A stretch of DNA of 63,935 bases, counting the filler, from Pirum gemmata (Eukaryota): NCBI GenBank assembly GCA_002812295.1. It is 28 parts of 28 records of this genome, joined end to end, with 100 filler letters (N's around TTAATTAATTAA, not from the genome) between each part and the next. Parts side by side here need not be neighbours in the genome. Positions count along the whole stretch, not along the records: positions 51,268 to 53,342 come from PDIN01008710.1; positions 53,443 to 55,532 come from PDIN01008711.1; positions 55,633 to 57,667 come from PDIN01008712.1; positions 57,768 to 59,857 come from PDIN01008713.1; positions 59,958 to 62,022 come from PDIN01008714.1; positions 62,123 to 63,935 come from PDIN01008808.1; 22 more parts are not named here. One strand, written 5' to 3'. How positions within the stretch are numbered: the first letter of the stretch is position 1; each line of letters starts with the position of its first letter. A program made the position numbers and the translations under genes. Positions 51,585 through 63,935 of this stretch are shown in pieces. The notes below the pieces were generated by a model, which was given only the letters and a program-made list of their open reading frames with translations, had not been told where the DNA came from and made no database searches.

Positions 51585-54500
51585 TAGTAATTATTCTAAA
51601 AAATAACTAGCTATCATAGGGTAGACTAAACCTGTTACTATCATACTAAAGTCATACTAACTACTTTGAAGAACGCCCTCCCTTTGCGAGCTAACCATTT
51701 CAGAAGTTGTGGTCAGTCTCGATCAGTTTTTCTGTGGTAAGGGAGCGTTCGAATAATACGTCACATCAAGGGGTAGGTAAGTAAGTGGTATTTGACCGGA
51801 AATTAACGTCGAGGGGTAGGTAGGTAGGGGTATTTGAAGCTGTATTTGACCGGAAATTGGCCTAACCCTAATCCTAACCCTAACCCTAACCCTAACCCTA
51901 ACCCTAACCCTAACCCTAACCCTAACCCTAACCCTAACCCTAACCCTAACCCTAACCCTAACCCTAACCCGCCCTAACAGTTGTTTGCCTTTAGTATCTA
52001 TAGTTAGAAACGAGCAGTAGCTAGCTAGTGTAGTCTGGCCTTGGTACTGGCTGGACAGTCTCTGACTATCATACAGATATAGAGCGTTTCAAATAATACG
52101 TCACGTCAAAGGGTAGGTAGGTAGGCGGTATTTGACCGGAAATTAACGTCGAGGGGTAGGTAGGTAAGGGTATTTGAAGCTGTATTTGAAGTTTTGAACT
52201 ACTGGTCTGGTCTGGTGGACTTCTGGTGGTCTGTTGAAAAAAATGAAAAAAAAAAAAAAAAAGTATTTATCTATAATTTTATTGGCTCGTGGTTGCTAAG
52301 GGGTGTGGGGAGGCCTCTCCCAATTCTGCTCAAACCCGAAAACTCGAATTTCTGCTGTCAAAAAAAGCCAAAATTCAGCTCCGTTTGAAAAATACTCTTT
52401 TTTTGTATTTTTCGGGTTTATTAATAAATAAATATATTTGAATACTTAATTGTAAGCTTGAACATTTCGAACTTATTAATTAATACATAGACTCGAAATC
52501 TCGATTTTTAAACAGATCAGAATTGGGAGAAGCCTAAGGAGCTACTGCAATTCTGCTCGAGCCCGAAAGCTCGAATTTCTTTTGTCGAAAAAAAAAGCCA
52601 AAATTCGAGTTTATAAATAAATAAATATACTCGAATACTTAACTGTTAGGTTAAAGTTTTCGAACTTATTTAATTATGGGCTCGAAAACTCGATTTTTAA
52701 ACAAAGCAGAATTGGGAGATTGCTCAGAGCCACTACTAGCTAGCTAGCTAGCTCTCTAGCTAGCCTAACCCTAACCCTAACCCTAACCCTAACCCTAACC
52801 CTAACCCTAACCCTAACCCTAACCCTAACCCTTTTTATTGTTCACTTTAATCCTGACCTCAACTCAACCTTAAATCTAATACTAACCCTAAACCTAAACC
52901 TAACCCTAACCCTAACCCTAACCCTAACCCTAACCCTAACCCTAACCCTAACCCTAACCNNNNNNNNNNNNNNNNNNNNNNNNNNNNCCCTAACCCTAAC
53001 CCTAACCCTAACCCTAACCCTAACCCTAACCCTAACCCTAACCCTAACCCTAACCCGAACCCTAACCCTAACCCCTAAAACTGTAATTCTAGAAAAATAA
53101 TAGTAATAATAATAATAATGAAGTATATTATTAATATATTATTATTTGCTATATATTTTGTATATATGATAGTATGGGGTACTAGTATGTATCATAACAT
53201 AATCATGATTGATTATTATTTATTATTTTTAAAAAAAAAATATTGAATTATTATTCTTATTATTATTATTATTATTATCATTGATATTATTATATTATTA
53301 TTATTATTATTATTATTATCATTAATATTATTATATTATTATNNNNNNNNNNNNNNNNNNNNNNNNNNNNNNNNNNNNNNNNNNNNTTAATTAATTAANN
53401 NNNNNNNNNNNNNNNNNNNNNNNNNNNNNNNNNNNNNNNNNNAAAGAGTTTATTATAATATTTATAGTAACTTTAGGCAAATTTCTGGAAGTTCGCCGGT
53501 CCTAGCGTCCAATTGGTAAGATGACGTCATCTCATCCCTCCTGCAAAATGACTAATCAAAAAAATGTACACATTTTGGGTGTTGACTAGCTATCGTGCTT
53601 TTCAGTTATTTTGTCGTCATAAAATAAAACAATAAATAGTACCAAATCAATACAATATAAATCCATTTTATTTAATTTGGTGTATTTTATTATATATATT
53701 ATTTATTTAAAAGAATCAATTTTAATATTATAAATAGCCAAATAAATATTCGGATTGGCAAAATAAATGAAAAGCACAATATCTTTTTTTTGATAGTGTA
53801 GTCTTGTTACTATGAGTCATAATCCTCTTTTTTTTATATAATATTATTATAGTCGTATGATTTAAAAAATTTCAAATGTATTAAATACATATTATATTAC
53901 TTATATTCGAAAACTGAAAATTATTGTGAAAACCAAAAGTTGGGCGTTTTTAAATTGTTTAGACCATATTATACCCTTACCCTAACCCTAACCCTAACCC
54001 TAATCCTAACCCTAACCCTAACACTAACCCTAACACTAACCCTAGCCCAAACCCTAACCCTAACCCTAGCCCAAACCCTAACCCTAACCCTAACCCTAAC
54101 CCTAATCATAACCCTAACCTTAACCCTAACCCTAACCCTAACCCTAACCCTAACGTTAACCCTATATATTTAAACCTTGACCATAATAACCCTAACCCTA
54201 ACTAGCTAGGGTTTCTCGACTGTTTTTTGCTCAAGGAAAGTGATAACCTTAGCTCATCCAAACTTTATTGGTGCGTTTTTACCTAAAAAATGAGCTGTTT
54301 GCTAATTTTGTAGTCTTTTTTAAAATAATTAAAAAAAATTAAATTGTACTATTTTACAAATACGGTACCCGGTGTGCAGCCAAATTAACTAGACCAAATT
54401 AAAGATTGAGGGAACAACTATGGCATATATAATTTGGATTAATAATTCAAATAATGCGCACAGTGGTTTTTTACGAAAAATGGCCATGTACATTTTCGAT

Positions 54501-56481
54501 AATGTCTGTCCATTTTTTGAACATTGTATAATTAAAAATCAAAATGGCCGACAACTATGGCATAATTATATAATTTCGATTAATAATTCAAATAATGAAT
54601 CATGTAAAATCCGTATGTATATATACCAAAATAAATTTTAATTATTAATATTAATAAGTGTTTTTTATATTATTAATAATATTAATATATACTGTTATTA
54701 ATATTGTTATTTTAAAATATTATTATTAATATTGTTATTATATTATACTATATTGTTTATTGTTATTTTAATATTATTATTAATATTGCTATTATATTAT
54801 ACTATATTGTTTATTGTTATTATTGATTATTTAATTTCATAAATCATATTGTCATTATTAATATTATTAATATTATTGTTATTAATATTATTGTTCTTAT
54901 TAAAATATTAATTATTATTAATAATATTATTAGTTTACAATAAAAACTCGAGGTGTAAAAAGTTTGGCTCGTTGAAAGGTTCGATTTAATAATTATAAAC
55001 TATATTAATACATACATGTGTGTAGCTATAGACCAGCTAGCTAAAAGAGCTTTTGACCACCTTTAAATTTCTGCTTTAACTTTACCCCACACTAGCTAGC
55101 CACACTAACGGCACTCTAATGTTTTATAAAAAGCTCAAAGTTTTTTCTTTTCGATCAGATCAACAACTTTTTTTTTTGAACAAAAGAAAATAAAATTTTT
55201 AATAAAAACAAGTGACCTCCAATACCCTCTGTAACAGCATCTATATGAAAAAACAGAAATCCTGAAGCTTTCGCGTTGTAAAATTTATTCAAGAAATTAT
55301 TCGGCAAGTAAAATAGACCTTCTTTAGTTAATTAAAAATATAAATTTAGCAATATAATTTATAATTTTAGTTATAATAAAATAAAAAGTTACTAAAAACA
55401 GAAACCAATACACACACTATTTAAAAAAAACATTTATTTTAATATTAAAATGTTATACCATAGCAACTTAAACCGTCTCACCAACATTTTATATAATATT
55501 AATAATAATATTAATATTAATAATATTATTAANNNNNNNNNNNNNNNNNNNNNNNNNNNNNNNNNNNNNNNNNNNNTTAATTAATTAANNNNNNNNNNNN
55601 NNNNNNNNNNNNNNNNNNNNNNNNNNNNNNNNGGGTTAGGGTTAAGGTTAAGGTTAAGGTTAAGGTTAAGGTTAGAGAGTTAGGATTAGGGCTAGGGCTA
55701 GGGCTAGAGTTAGGGTTAGGGACTGTTAGGGTTAAGACTAGGGTTAGGGTTTGGGTTAATTAAGGTTATAATTAGGGTTATAAGGTCTGAGTTATATTAA
55801 AGTTAGGGTTAGGGTTAGGGTTAGGGTTAGGGTTAGGGTTAGTTTTATGGTTTTAATTAGGTTAAGGTTTGGGGTAAGGTTGGGGTTGGGGTTAGGGTTT
55901 GGGTGTTAAGGTTAAAAGGTTAGGTATAGGAACTAGTTAGGGTTAGGGTTTTTAGGTTAATTATAAGGTTAGGGTTAGGGTTTTAAGGTTAATTATAAGG
56001 TTAGGGTTAGGGTTAGAGTTGGGGCTAGGGTTGGGTTTAGGGTTAAGGAGCTGTTAGGGTTAGGGTTAGAGTCAGGGTTATAATTAGGGTAATTGGGATT
56101 AGGGTTGGGTTAGGGTTAGGTTAGGGTTAGGGTTAGAACTAGGGGTATAGGGTTAGGGTTATAAATTAGGACTAGGGACTAAACTGCACTACTAGCTAGG
56201 GTTAGGACTAGGGTTAGTACTTTGGTTAAGGTTAGGGTTTTAGGGTTTGTGCGATTGACAATCAAATGATACTATAGCTAGTATGACCGAAAAATAGAAA
56301 TAATGAAATATCAAGTTTTAAAGTTTCTGTTGATTATTAATATTACTAATCATATGAAAAGATTAATTAAATATTATTTTTCTTTTATGGTTTATTGTTA
56401 ATTAATACAAGAATCCAATCCACAATAAAACATATAAATCAATTCTCGATAATTCAATATATTACGTAACGCTAATTTCCG

Positions 56482-56634
56482 GTCAACTAAGACATCTAGA
56501 TTGGTATTTTAAACTCTTTAATCGACATCTGGGTACACATTTTTTTTTTGAGCAAAATAAAGGATCAAAAAAAAATATCGATTCAAACGATGGTTTTAAA
56601 GTCTAAAAATACCAATCTAGATGCCTTAGTTGAC
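56482..56634. mobile_element. Short MITE-like element with ~29-bp inverted repeats
   Basis: gtcaactaagacatctagattggtatttt vs aaaataccaatctagatgccttagttgac. Confidence 0.65.
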
Positions 56635-57628
56635 AAAAACACCCTTCTAGATTCAATTCCATATTCAGATTTTTCCATCTTCAGATTTTTTACTGGTATC
56701 ATTATATAATTACAGTGGTCATCTCAATCTTTAATTTAGTACTGTTTAAGTGTATAATTGATCTTTTTTAAAAAATAGAAAACTAAATATAACATACCAA
56801 ATTAATTAAAAAATGCCTGATAGTTTCACCATAATTATAATTTGATATGATTTTTTCAGTTTTTGGACCAAACAGCACTATTACTAGAGCTAGTAGGCTA
56901 AGGCTACCCTCTACCCTCTACCTACTAGCTAGCCTCTAGACTACCTCTACCCCTAACCTCTACCCTAGCTAGCTAGCTAGACCCTCCACCCTAATAGACT
57001 AGTCTAGACCCTCTACTAGACTACATAATAGACCCTCTACCCCTACCCTAGCTAGTCTACTAGTAGCTAGAGGTCTAGTCTAGTCTACCAGGGCAGTAGC
57101 TACCAGGGCTATGTCTGTAATAGTCTGTAATAGTCTAGGTAGTCTAGGTAGTCTAGCTAGCTAGTAGCCTGTAAGTTTGGTCTAGGCCTGTAAGTAGGCC
57201 TAGCTAGCTACTACTAGACCCCGGTCTAGCTACTAGCTAGGGTCTAGCTAAATAGCTAGCTAGCTAGGTATGATAGTGTCTAGCTACATATATAGTAGTA
57301 GCAGCTCTGTAGTAGCAGCTACTAGCTAGTCTACTACTAGCTAGCTAGACTAGCTAGACTTGTCTACCGGGTAGCTCCATGTTCTCTATCAGTGTACAAA
57401 AGATTTACAAATAGTCACACAGTCTAATTGTCAGTGTGTAATTAGAATGTGTGAATACAATAATATCCGTAATAGTTCGTAATAGACTGTAATAGCAATT
57501 AGCAATATAATAATGTATAATATATATTATTGTATTATAGTGAAATATAAAAAGTGAACGAATTCACGATTTCGAATATGATTCCAATACAATAGCTAGT
57601 TATTTATTATTATTATTAATATTAGTAA

Positions 57629-57667
<39 letters not shown>

Positions 57668-57953
57668 NNNNNNNNNNNNNNNNNNNNNNNNNNNNNNNNN
57701 NNNNNNNNNNNTTAATTAATTAANNNNNNNNNNNNNNNNNNNNNNNNNNNNNNNNNNNNNNNNNNNNATAATATATCATACATTTTAGAAAAAAACCCTA
57801 TATTTTTCAAGTTAATTACTATTTTTATGAAATAAAATACCAAATTTGATTGAAAAACCAAAATTATATAATCTTTTTCTAAATTTAGAAAAAAGGATCC
57901 GCTGCACGCAGGTCCTCAGAAGGCGACATTATCCCCCCCGACATAGACCCCCT

Positions 57954-59600
57954 CTATATGGATATAATATTATACACATATATAAACGGTGCTCCAACTT
58001 TCCAAGTAAAACAACAATATGATATTTTCGAGTGAAAAGATTTTAAAACTTGTAACTGCTGATTATAACCAGATTCTAAATCAGAAGTAGAAATTATTAC
58101 TTTTTTAAATTTGTTTTCATTTATTTGATGCAATTCCTTTATAGAAGGAATTTCAACTCGATCCATTTTTTCCATTTTATTTATCTTCCGAATTCTCCTT
58201 TAATAAATATTGTATTGTGGTACTGTTAGTAAAGGTTTATTGACTGGAGTGGATTTATGATTTTTTCAATCACCCCTTTTTCGAGCCAACTATTTATAGT
58301 TTCAGTACAACTTTGTTCATGTGTTTTAGCTACAAAATTTCGCGTTTGTTTGTGACTGAATTGTTTTTGTAAATCTTCATTTGGAATTGTTTACAAAATC
58401 TGCTTAAGCGTTGGGTAAATTACATCAGTCGCTAATTTCTAGGAGGTTTTCCACGTATTCCGGGCCGATCCGTTATATAAAAATAATCAGTAATATCTAT
58501 CTCCCCCACAAGATCAGCAGTTAGTATCTGATGGGCAGCCTTTTGGCTTTCCTTTGCATCTAGTGCATGTGGTGGTGGTAAATCGGAAAGTGTAATACCC
58601 ATTTTTTGTATATCATAAGCAGATGCAATGACCTCATGTGGTTTGTCGCCAAAATCTATAACATGTGGTTGTATTTGGGTAAAGTGGATGCCATGTATTA
58701 ATTATAACTGGGCTTGTAAATTGACCTAGGGTTTTAATATGAGATGTGCCCCGTCCTATAACTTCGAACGGGGTAGAGTTATTATCGTAATTAAACTTAC
58801 AAGGATTATTAATAGCACGTGTAGTGTTTATTGCTCGTATTGAATTAACAAATTTCGAGTCAACAACAGATATATTGGCACCAGTATCCAATAAACATCT
58901 TACTCGGTATTGGCCAAATAAAGCATTGATAGCATATTCAGTGTTTTTGGATTATATTTTAAAATCAAAGTTAGCTGTACATGTGTTTTAATTAATAACA
59001 TTTGCATGTTTTTGTTGTGAATTTAAATTTAGAAGAGAAGGATACTTTTTTTAAATCAACATTTTTATTATTAGTGTTTTTATTATTTTGCTTTACAAAC
59101 AGTGTAGCATTATTTTTAGAAGTTTAGTTTCTTCTTTTTTCCCTGCTATACTGTCTTCATTACCATATTGTTGATTTTTGATTATCAGATCTAATTCTTG
59201 AAAAGCTTCTAATATTTGTAAGATGTTAGTTGTAGCTATAGGTTCTTGTAAATCTCGTTTACTTACCTAACAACGCAGTAGATACCACTTGTTGTGTGCG
59301 TATCATATTTGTATTAATTTTGACTTGTGGATCTGATTTGTAACCCTTAGTCAAATGGTCGTAACAATAATCCCTAGGTTTGGCTTTAGCGATTAAATTA
59401 GCAAGATTAATATTAGTTGTCAATTTTCTCTCAATTGCAGTGAGAGTTTTATTACTTGACCAGTTTGTTAAACAGGCAGTGAAAGTTTCAATAGCTACAC
59501 TTGGTAGCTCAAGTTCATCTTGAGTCTGTAGCACATATGCATGTACAAACGATAGATCTTATTGTGTTTCCTTTGAAACAGATGGTAAAGATAAATCATC
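57954..59600 (-). pseudogene. LTR retrotransposon (Ty3/Gypsy-like) gag-protease-RT N-terminal remnant
   Basis: RVRCLLDTGANISVV protease motif at ~58870-58905; STSDLESGYNQ RT motif at ~58060-58095; many stops and frameshifts. Confidence 0.8.
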
Positions 59601-60064
59601 TTTAGTAGATGTTTAGAATCGTCTTTATCAGATGACTCAGAGTTTATGTCAATTGACATAGATAGACCCTCTGTGGAGTCATCAGATTGACCCTCAGTAG
59701 AGTGGTCAGTCTGTGTGATTGGGAGTGTATTTTAATATCATTTTTTTTTAAATACCTCTAAATCATGATAAGGTTTCGGCCAGATTATTATAGCTTTATT
59801 ATAACGTTATTATTATATAATATTTTAATATATATTATAATATATATAGACACTTTTNNNNNNNNNNNNNNNNNNNNNNNNNNNNNNNNNNNNNNNNNNN
59901 NTTAATTAATTAANNNNNNNNNNNNNNNNNNNNNNNNNNNNNNNNNNNNNNNNNNNNAATAATAATAATAATAATAATATAATATTTAATTAACTATTGA
60001 TTGTATCAATTGTTTTTTACAAAAAAATATACTTTTATAAAACCTAAAATAATCTAAAACAAAT

Positions 60065-61531
60065 ATGCCATTTTCAATAACTTATAATAATCTAATAGCC
60101 GTTTATATCACCATCGTTTTCACCTTGGTTAACGGACAAAATAACACTGTTTGTGTTAATGTTCCCTTATCTCAATGCGGTGGAGACGCTAACTATAACG
60201 GTGAAACTTGTTGCCCAGAAAATCATTTTTGCATGCGTCAAAACCAATACTGGAGTGACTGTCAAAAGGGATCACCACCATCTCAAGCTTCTTTAAATTC
60301 ATCCCTTTCTTCGACCCCATCTTCAACTGCTTCAATAAATAAAAATGATACCTGTCAACGCGATAGTAACGCAAATGTTCTACAATGCTCTGGTCGAAAC
60401 TATGTAGGTGAAACTTGTTGTCCTTCTGGGAGTGTGTGTACAAGACAAAATGATGATTGGTATGATTGCCAACCCCAAAGCAGTGAAAATCAAGTTGGAG
60501 AATATTACACTAGTGCTTTATCAGCGGGAGAGTATTTTTACGAACTATTATCTTCATTTAATTATGCTTATAATTCAGTTTACTTAATCCAATTATTAAT
60601 TATTGCTGTCGTTTACAATATCATGGGTTCTGGAATATATTGGAATACCTTATTAATTGCTGGTATTTGCGGATTTTTAGGAGCCATGTTTCATACAACT
60701 GGGTCAATTTTAAGAGAAAACATTTACCCAATTCCCCAATCTGCTTATATACCTTATCTTATTTATGTTCCCTTTGGTAAAGTTGCAGATTGTACTATTA
60801 TATTTTGCAATTATTTAAAACTAAAAGTTATAGTTGATAGCAAAAGCCATAAATGGTTATTGATGTTAGTGATTGGTTTATTTGTTGGGCAACTTATTAT
60901 AGATTTTGCCTTTGCAGCTATTGTTTATGTAGAACAAAGACCCAAAACGCCTAAGGATTTATTGTATACTTATTCTTGGTTTGCATTTTCTGAAATTTTA
61001 ATGTCTTGTTTATTAGTAGGCTGTTGTTATTTTAAACAAAAGGAAATGGGAGAATCAGATATGTTAACTATTATCAAAAAGTCGAATTTATTTTTCATTT
61101 TGTTATTGGATGGGATTGCAGTTGGTATTTTTATTATGTGTGTTGTTGCTTACTTTAGTGATTGGGCTAATGTTATTTTTAACATTCTACAAATTTTAAA
61201 ATCTTGTTTTCCGTTATTTTTAACCATTGACGCTATGATTTTAAAATACAGAAGCGCTAATGTAAATAGTAAACGTCAAAATGCTGAACCACAGTACACC
61301 TCTCCAACTCCAAATGCCACCCCACTTATGACAAAAAGGGGTAGTGACGTAACATTAAATAAGCATTGTCCTGTTAGTCGAACCAATTCAGTTCCGGATT
61401 CTACGCCTTTAGTTAGTAATTCTCCGTCTCTAGTTAGTCATTCTAATCTGAGTTATTCCAAATTTCCTCATAATGTACAACTACCATCAATCCCATCTCT
61501 TAATAACCAAAATTCTTTTGACTATAGTTAG
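60065..61531 (+). CDS. Signal peptide + two CBM1-like domains + seven-TM receptor-like domain + Ser/Pro-rich cytoplasmic tail, intronless
   Basis: SQCGGDANYNGETCCPENHFCMRQNQYWSDCQ and LQCSGRNYVGETCCPSGSVCTRQNDDWYDCQ fit CBM1 (QCGG..Y.G.T.C....C...N.YYSQC); seven hydrophobic segments follow. Confidence 0.85.
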   Translation: MPFSITYNNLIAVYITIVFTLVNGQNNTVCVNVPLSQCGGDANYNGETCCPENHFCMRQNQYWSDCQKGSPPSQASLNSSLSSTPSSTASINKNDTCQRDSNANVLQCSGRNYVGETCCPSGSVCTRQNDDWYDCQPQSSENQVGEYYTSALSAGEYFYELLSSFNYAYNSVYLIQLLIIAVVYNIMGSGIYWNTLLIAGICGFLGAMFHTTGSILRENIYPIPQSAYIPYLIYVPFGKVADCTIIFCNYLKLKVIVDSKSHKWLLMLVIGLFVGQLIIDFAFAAIVYVEQRPKTPKDLLYTYSWFAFSEILMSCLLVGCCYFKQKEMGESDMLTIIKKSNLFFILLLDGIAVGIFIMCVVAYFSDWANVIFNILQILKSCFPLFLTIDAMILKYRSANVNSKRQNAEPQYTSPTPNATPLMTKRGSDVTLNKHCPVSRTNSVPDSTPLVSNSPSLVSHSNLSYSKFPHNVQLPSIPSLNNQNSFDYS

Positions 61532-63039
61532 AAAGAATATAATATATAATTCAATTTAATAATAATAATAAATAATAAATAATAAATAATAAATAATAAA
61601 TAATAAATAATATAAATAATAAAATTTAATATAATGTAGAATTATAATTATAGAACGAAAATAAATAGGGTTAGGGATTAATACCCCATAGCTATCTCTA
61701 ACTAACTAGTTTATATTCACCTGGATGACCCTAACCNTTGATTATCATAAAAATAATAAATAATAAATAATAAATAATAAATAATAAATAATAAATATAC
61801 ATAATTATATAAATAATTATTCAAACTCTAACTAATTTATAACAGCAACTACAACTACTAACTACTAATACTACATGTTTTAGTTAATTCGGTACTTTAT
61901 ATGTTCAATTATATACTTAAACAGTGCCAAATTAAAGAATGAGATGACAACTATAATCAAATTTTTCTGTACGAAGCAGATTATGTATGATAAAATAATA
62001 ATAATAACAATAATAATTTTATNNNNNNNNNNNNNNNNNNNNNNNNNNNNNNNNNNNNNNNNNNNNTTAATTAATTAANNNNNNNNNNNNNNNNNNNNNN
62101 NNNNNNNNNNNNNNNNNNNNNNCGCTAACCCCAACCCCAACGCTAACCCCAACCCTACCAACAACCACCACCAACGCTAACCTCAACGCTAACCCTAACC
62201 CTAACCCTAACCCTAACCCTAACCCTAACCCTAACCCTTGCCCTTGCCCTAACCCTAACCCTAGCCCTAACCCTGACCCCTAATCCTAACCCTAACCCTA
62301 ACCCTAACCTTAGCCTTATAAACTTAACCCTAACCCTAACCTTAACCCTAGCCTTAAATTCATTATTGTTTTTCGTTTTGAAAGTAAAAATTTTAACTCT
62401 TATTCATCTTATCTTTATTAATAGCGGGATAAAGATAATATGATAGTAATAGTAATAGTAATAGTAATATGATAGTAATAGTAATAGTAATAATAATAGT
62501 AATAGTAATAGTAATAGTAATAGTAATAGCAATAGCAATAGCAATAGTAATAGTAATAGTAATAGTAATAGTAATAGTAATAGTAATAGTAATAGTAATA
62601 GTAATAGTAATAGTAATAGTAATAATAATGGTAATACCAATACTAATACTAATACTAATACTAATACTAATACTAATACTAATACTAATACTAATACTAA
62701 TAATAATAATACTACTAATACTAATACTAATAGTAATAGTAATAGTGACTTATTCAAAAACAAACAACACAGACATCATCATCATAATAATAATAATAAA
62801 GCTAAATAAATGGTAATATTAACATAATAAAGTACCGTATTTTTCAATGTAGTTGTTATTAAAAAATGTAAATTAAAAATAACAAACTGACATTGGAAAC
62901 CCAATTAAGTATTTTGTTATTTTTTTTTGTTTGTTTATTTGAGGGTTGTTATTGTTGCTGTTGAATTTTTGCTTTGTGTATTGATTATGGTTGTTTATTG
63001 CTTTTGATTATTAATTGTTTTTGTATTGTTTATTGTTAT

Positions 63040-63710
63040 GGATTGATTATTGTTTTAGATTGTTTTTGGATTGTTTATTGTTTTGGATTGTTTTTTTTAT
63101 TGTTTTGGATTGTTTATTGTTTTGGATTGTTTATTGTTTTGGATTGTTTATTGTTTTGGATTGTTTATTGTTTTGGATTGTTTATTGTTTTGGATTGTAA
63201 ATTAGAAAAATATATAAATGAAAACAATAAAAGTAATCGTATTTTTAATGTAGTTATTATTATTAAAAAATGTAAATCANTTTATTGTTTTGGATTGTTT
63301 ATTGTTTTGGATTGTTTATTGTTTTGGATTGTTTATTGTTTTGGATTGTTTATTGTTTTGGATTGTAAATTAGAAAAATATATAAATGAAAACAATAAAA
63401 GTAATCGTATTTTTAATGTAGTTATTATTATTAAAAAATGTAAATCAAAATTAACAACCTTACATAATATACACTTAATTGGAAACAAATCAAGTATTTT
63501 GTTATTTTTTGTTTGTTTGAGGGTTGTTATTGTTGCTGTGGAATGTTTGCTTTGTTTATTGATTATTCTGAGTGTTTTTTTCTTTTGATTGTTAATTGTT
63601 TTGGTATTGTTTTTGATTGTTAATTGTTTTGGTATTGTTTTTGATTGTTAATTGTTTTTGTATTGTTTTTGATTGTTAATTGTTTTTGTATTGTTTATTG
63701 TTTTGAATTG
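63040..63710. repeat. 17-nt (GGATTGTTTATTGTTTT) and ~29-nt minisatellites within a locally duplicated AT-rich repeat
   Basis: Direct reading; 63200-63278 is repeated at 63370-63448 across a single N. Confidence 0.8.
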
Positions 63711-63935
63711 TAAATTAGAAAAAATGAAAATTAAAACAATAAAAGTATCGTGTTATTATTCAATGGAACTGTTATTAAAAAATGTAAATTAAAAGTTTGT
63801 TGTTTTGAATAGTATATTGTTTTGTATTGTTTATTTCTTTTGATAGTTTGTTGTTTTTGAAATTTTATCAACATAAAAATTAAAATTGAAAAAACACAAA
63901 AAAAAAAATGAAATTCGAGAAACAAACTATATAAA

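Noticed and set aside
55633..56246. True telomeres or nanochromosome ends, given ~2-kb contigs with TTAGGG
   Set aside because: Arrays are often internal, degenerate and in the wrong orientation for ends (here the G-strand is at the left end); most contigs end in other microsatellites and carry partial genes
40035..61531. A polysaccharide-sensing/degrading gene cluster (PAE, GDSL, secreted protein, CBM1-7TM)
   Set aside because: Each gene is on a separate contig joined by artificial spacers; adjacency has no meaning
1..63935. Non-standard genetic code, rRNA or tRNA genes
   Set aside because: Long intact genes read through in the standard code and end in TAA/TAG at expected positions; no rRNA or tRNA signature was recognised by eye

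Overview
This is not a contiguous locus. It is about 28 short (~2.0-2.9 kb) contigs of a very AT-rich, intron-containing eukaryote, joined by an artificial 100-nt spacer (N44-TTAATTAATTAA-N44), so nothing across a spacer is synteny. Most entries in the ORF track are microsatellite translations. Recognisable coding sequence: the last exon of ribonucleotide reductase large subunit, a Pho80/Pcl-type cyclin, a SILK+RVxF PP1-binding protein (Bni4/Phactr-like tail plus a C-terminal membrane anchor), single exons of TMEM120, isocitrate/isopropylmalate dehydrogenase, WIP/verprolin WH2 and SGTA, a GT92/GT2-like glycosyltransferase, an SLC25 carrier, a secreted PAN/Apple-pectin acetylesterase (Notum-like) protein, a frameshifted kinase, a GDSL hydrolase and a small secreted protein. 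Mobile DNA: Ty3/Gypsy remnants, a pogo-like element, several MITE families and a decayed IS607-type serine recombinase, the class associated with TnpB/Fanzor2. The most interesting items are an intronless signal peptide-2xCBM1-7TM receptor-like gene (60065-61531, candidate insoluble-polysaccharide sensor), the IS607 remnant, and (CCCTAA)n/(TTAGGG)n arrays inside introns next to splice sites. Gene content suggests a unicellular opisthokont, but that is inference only.
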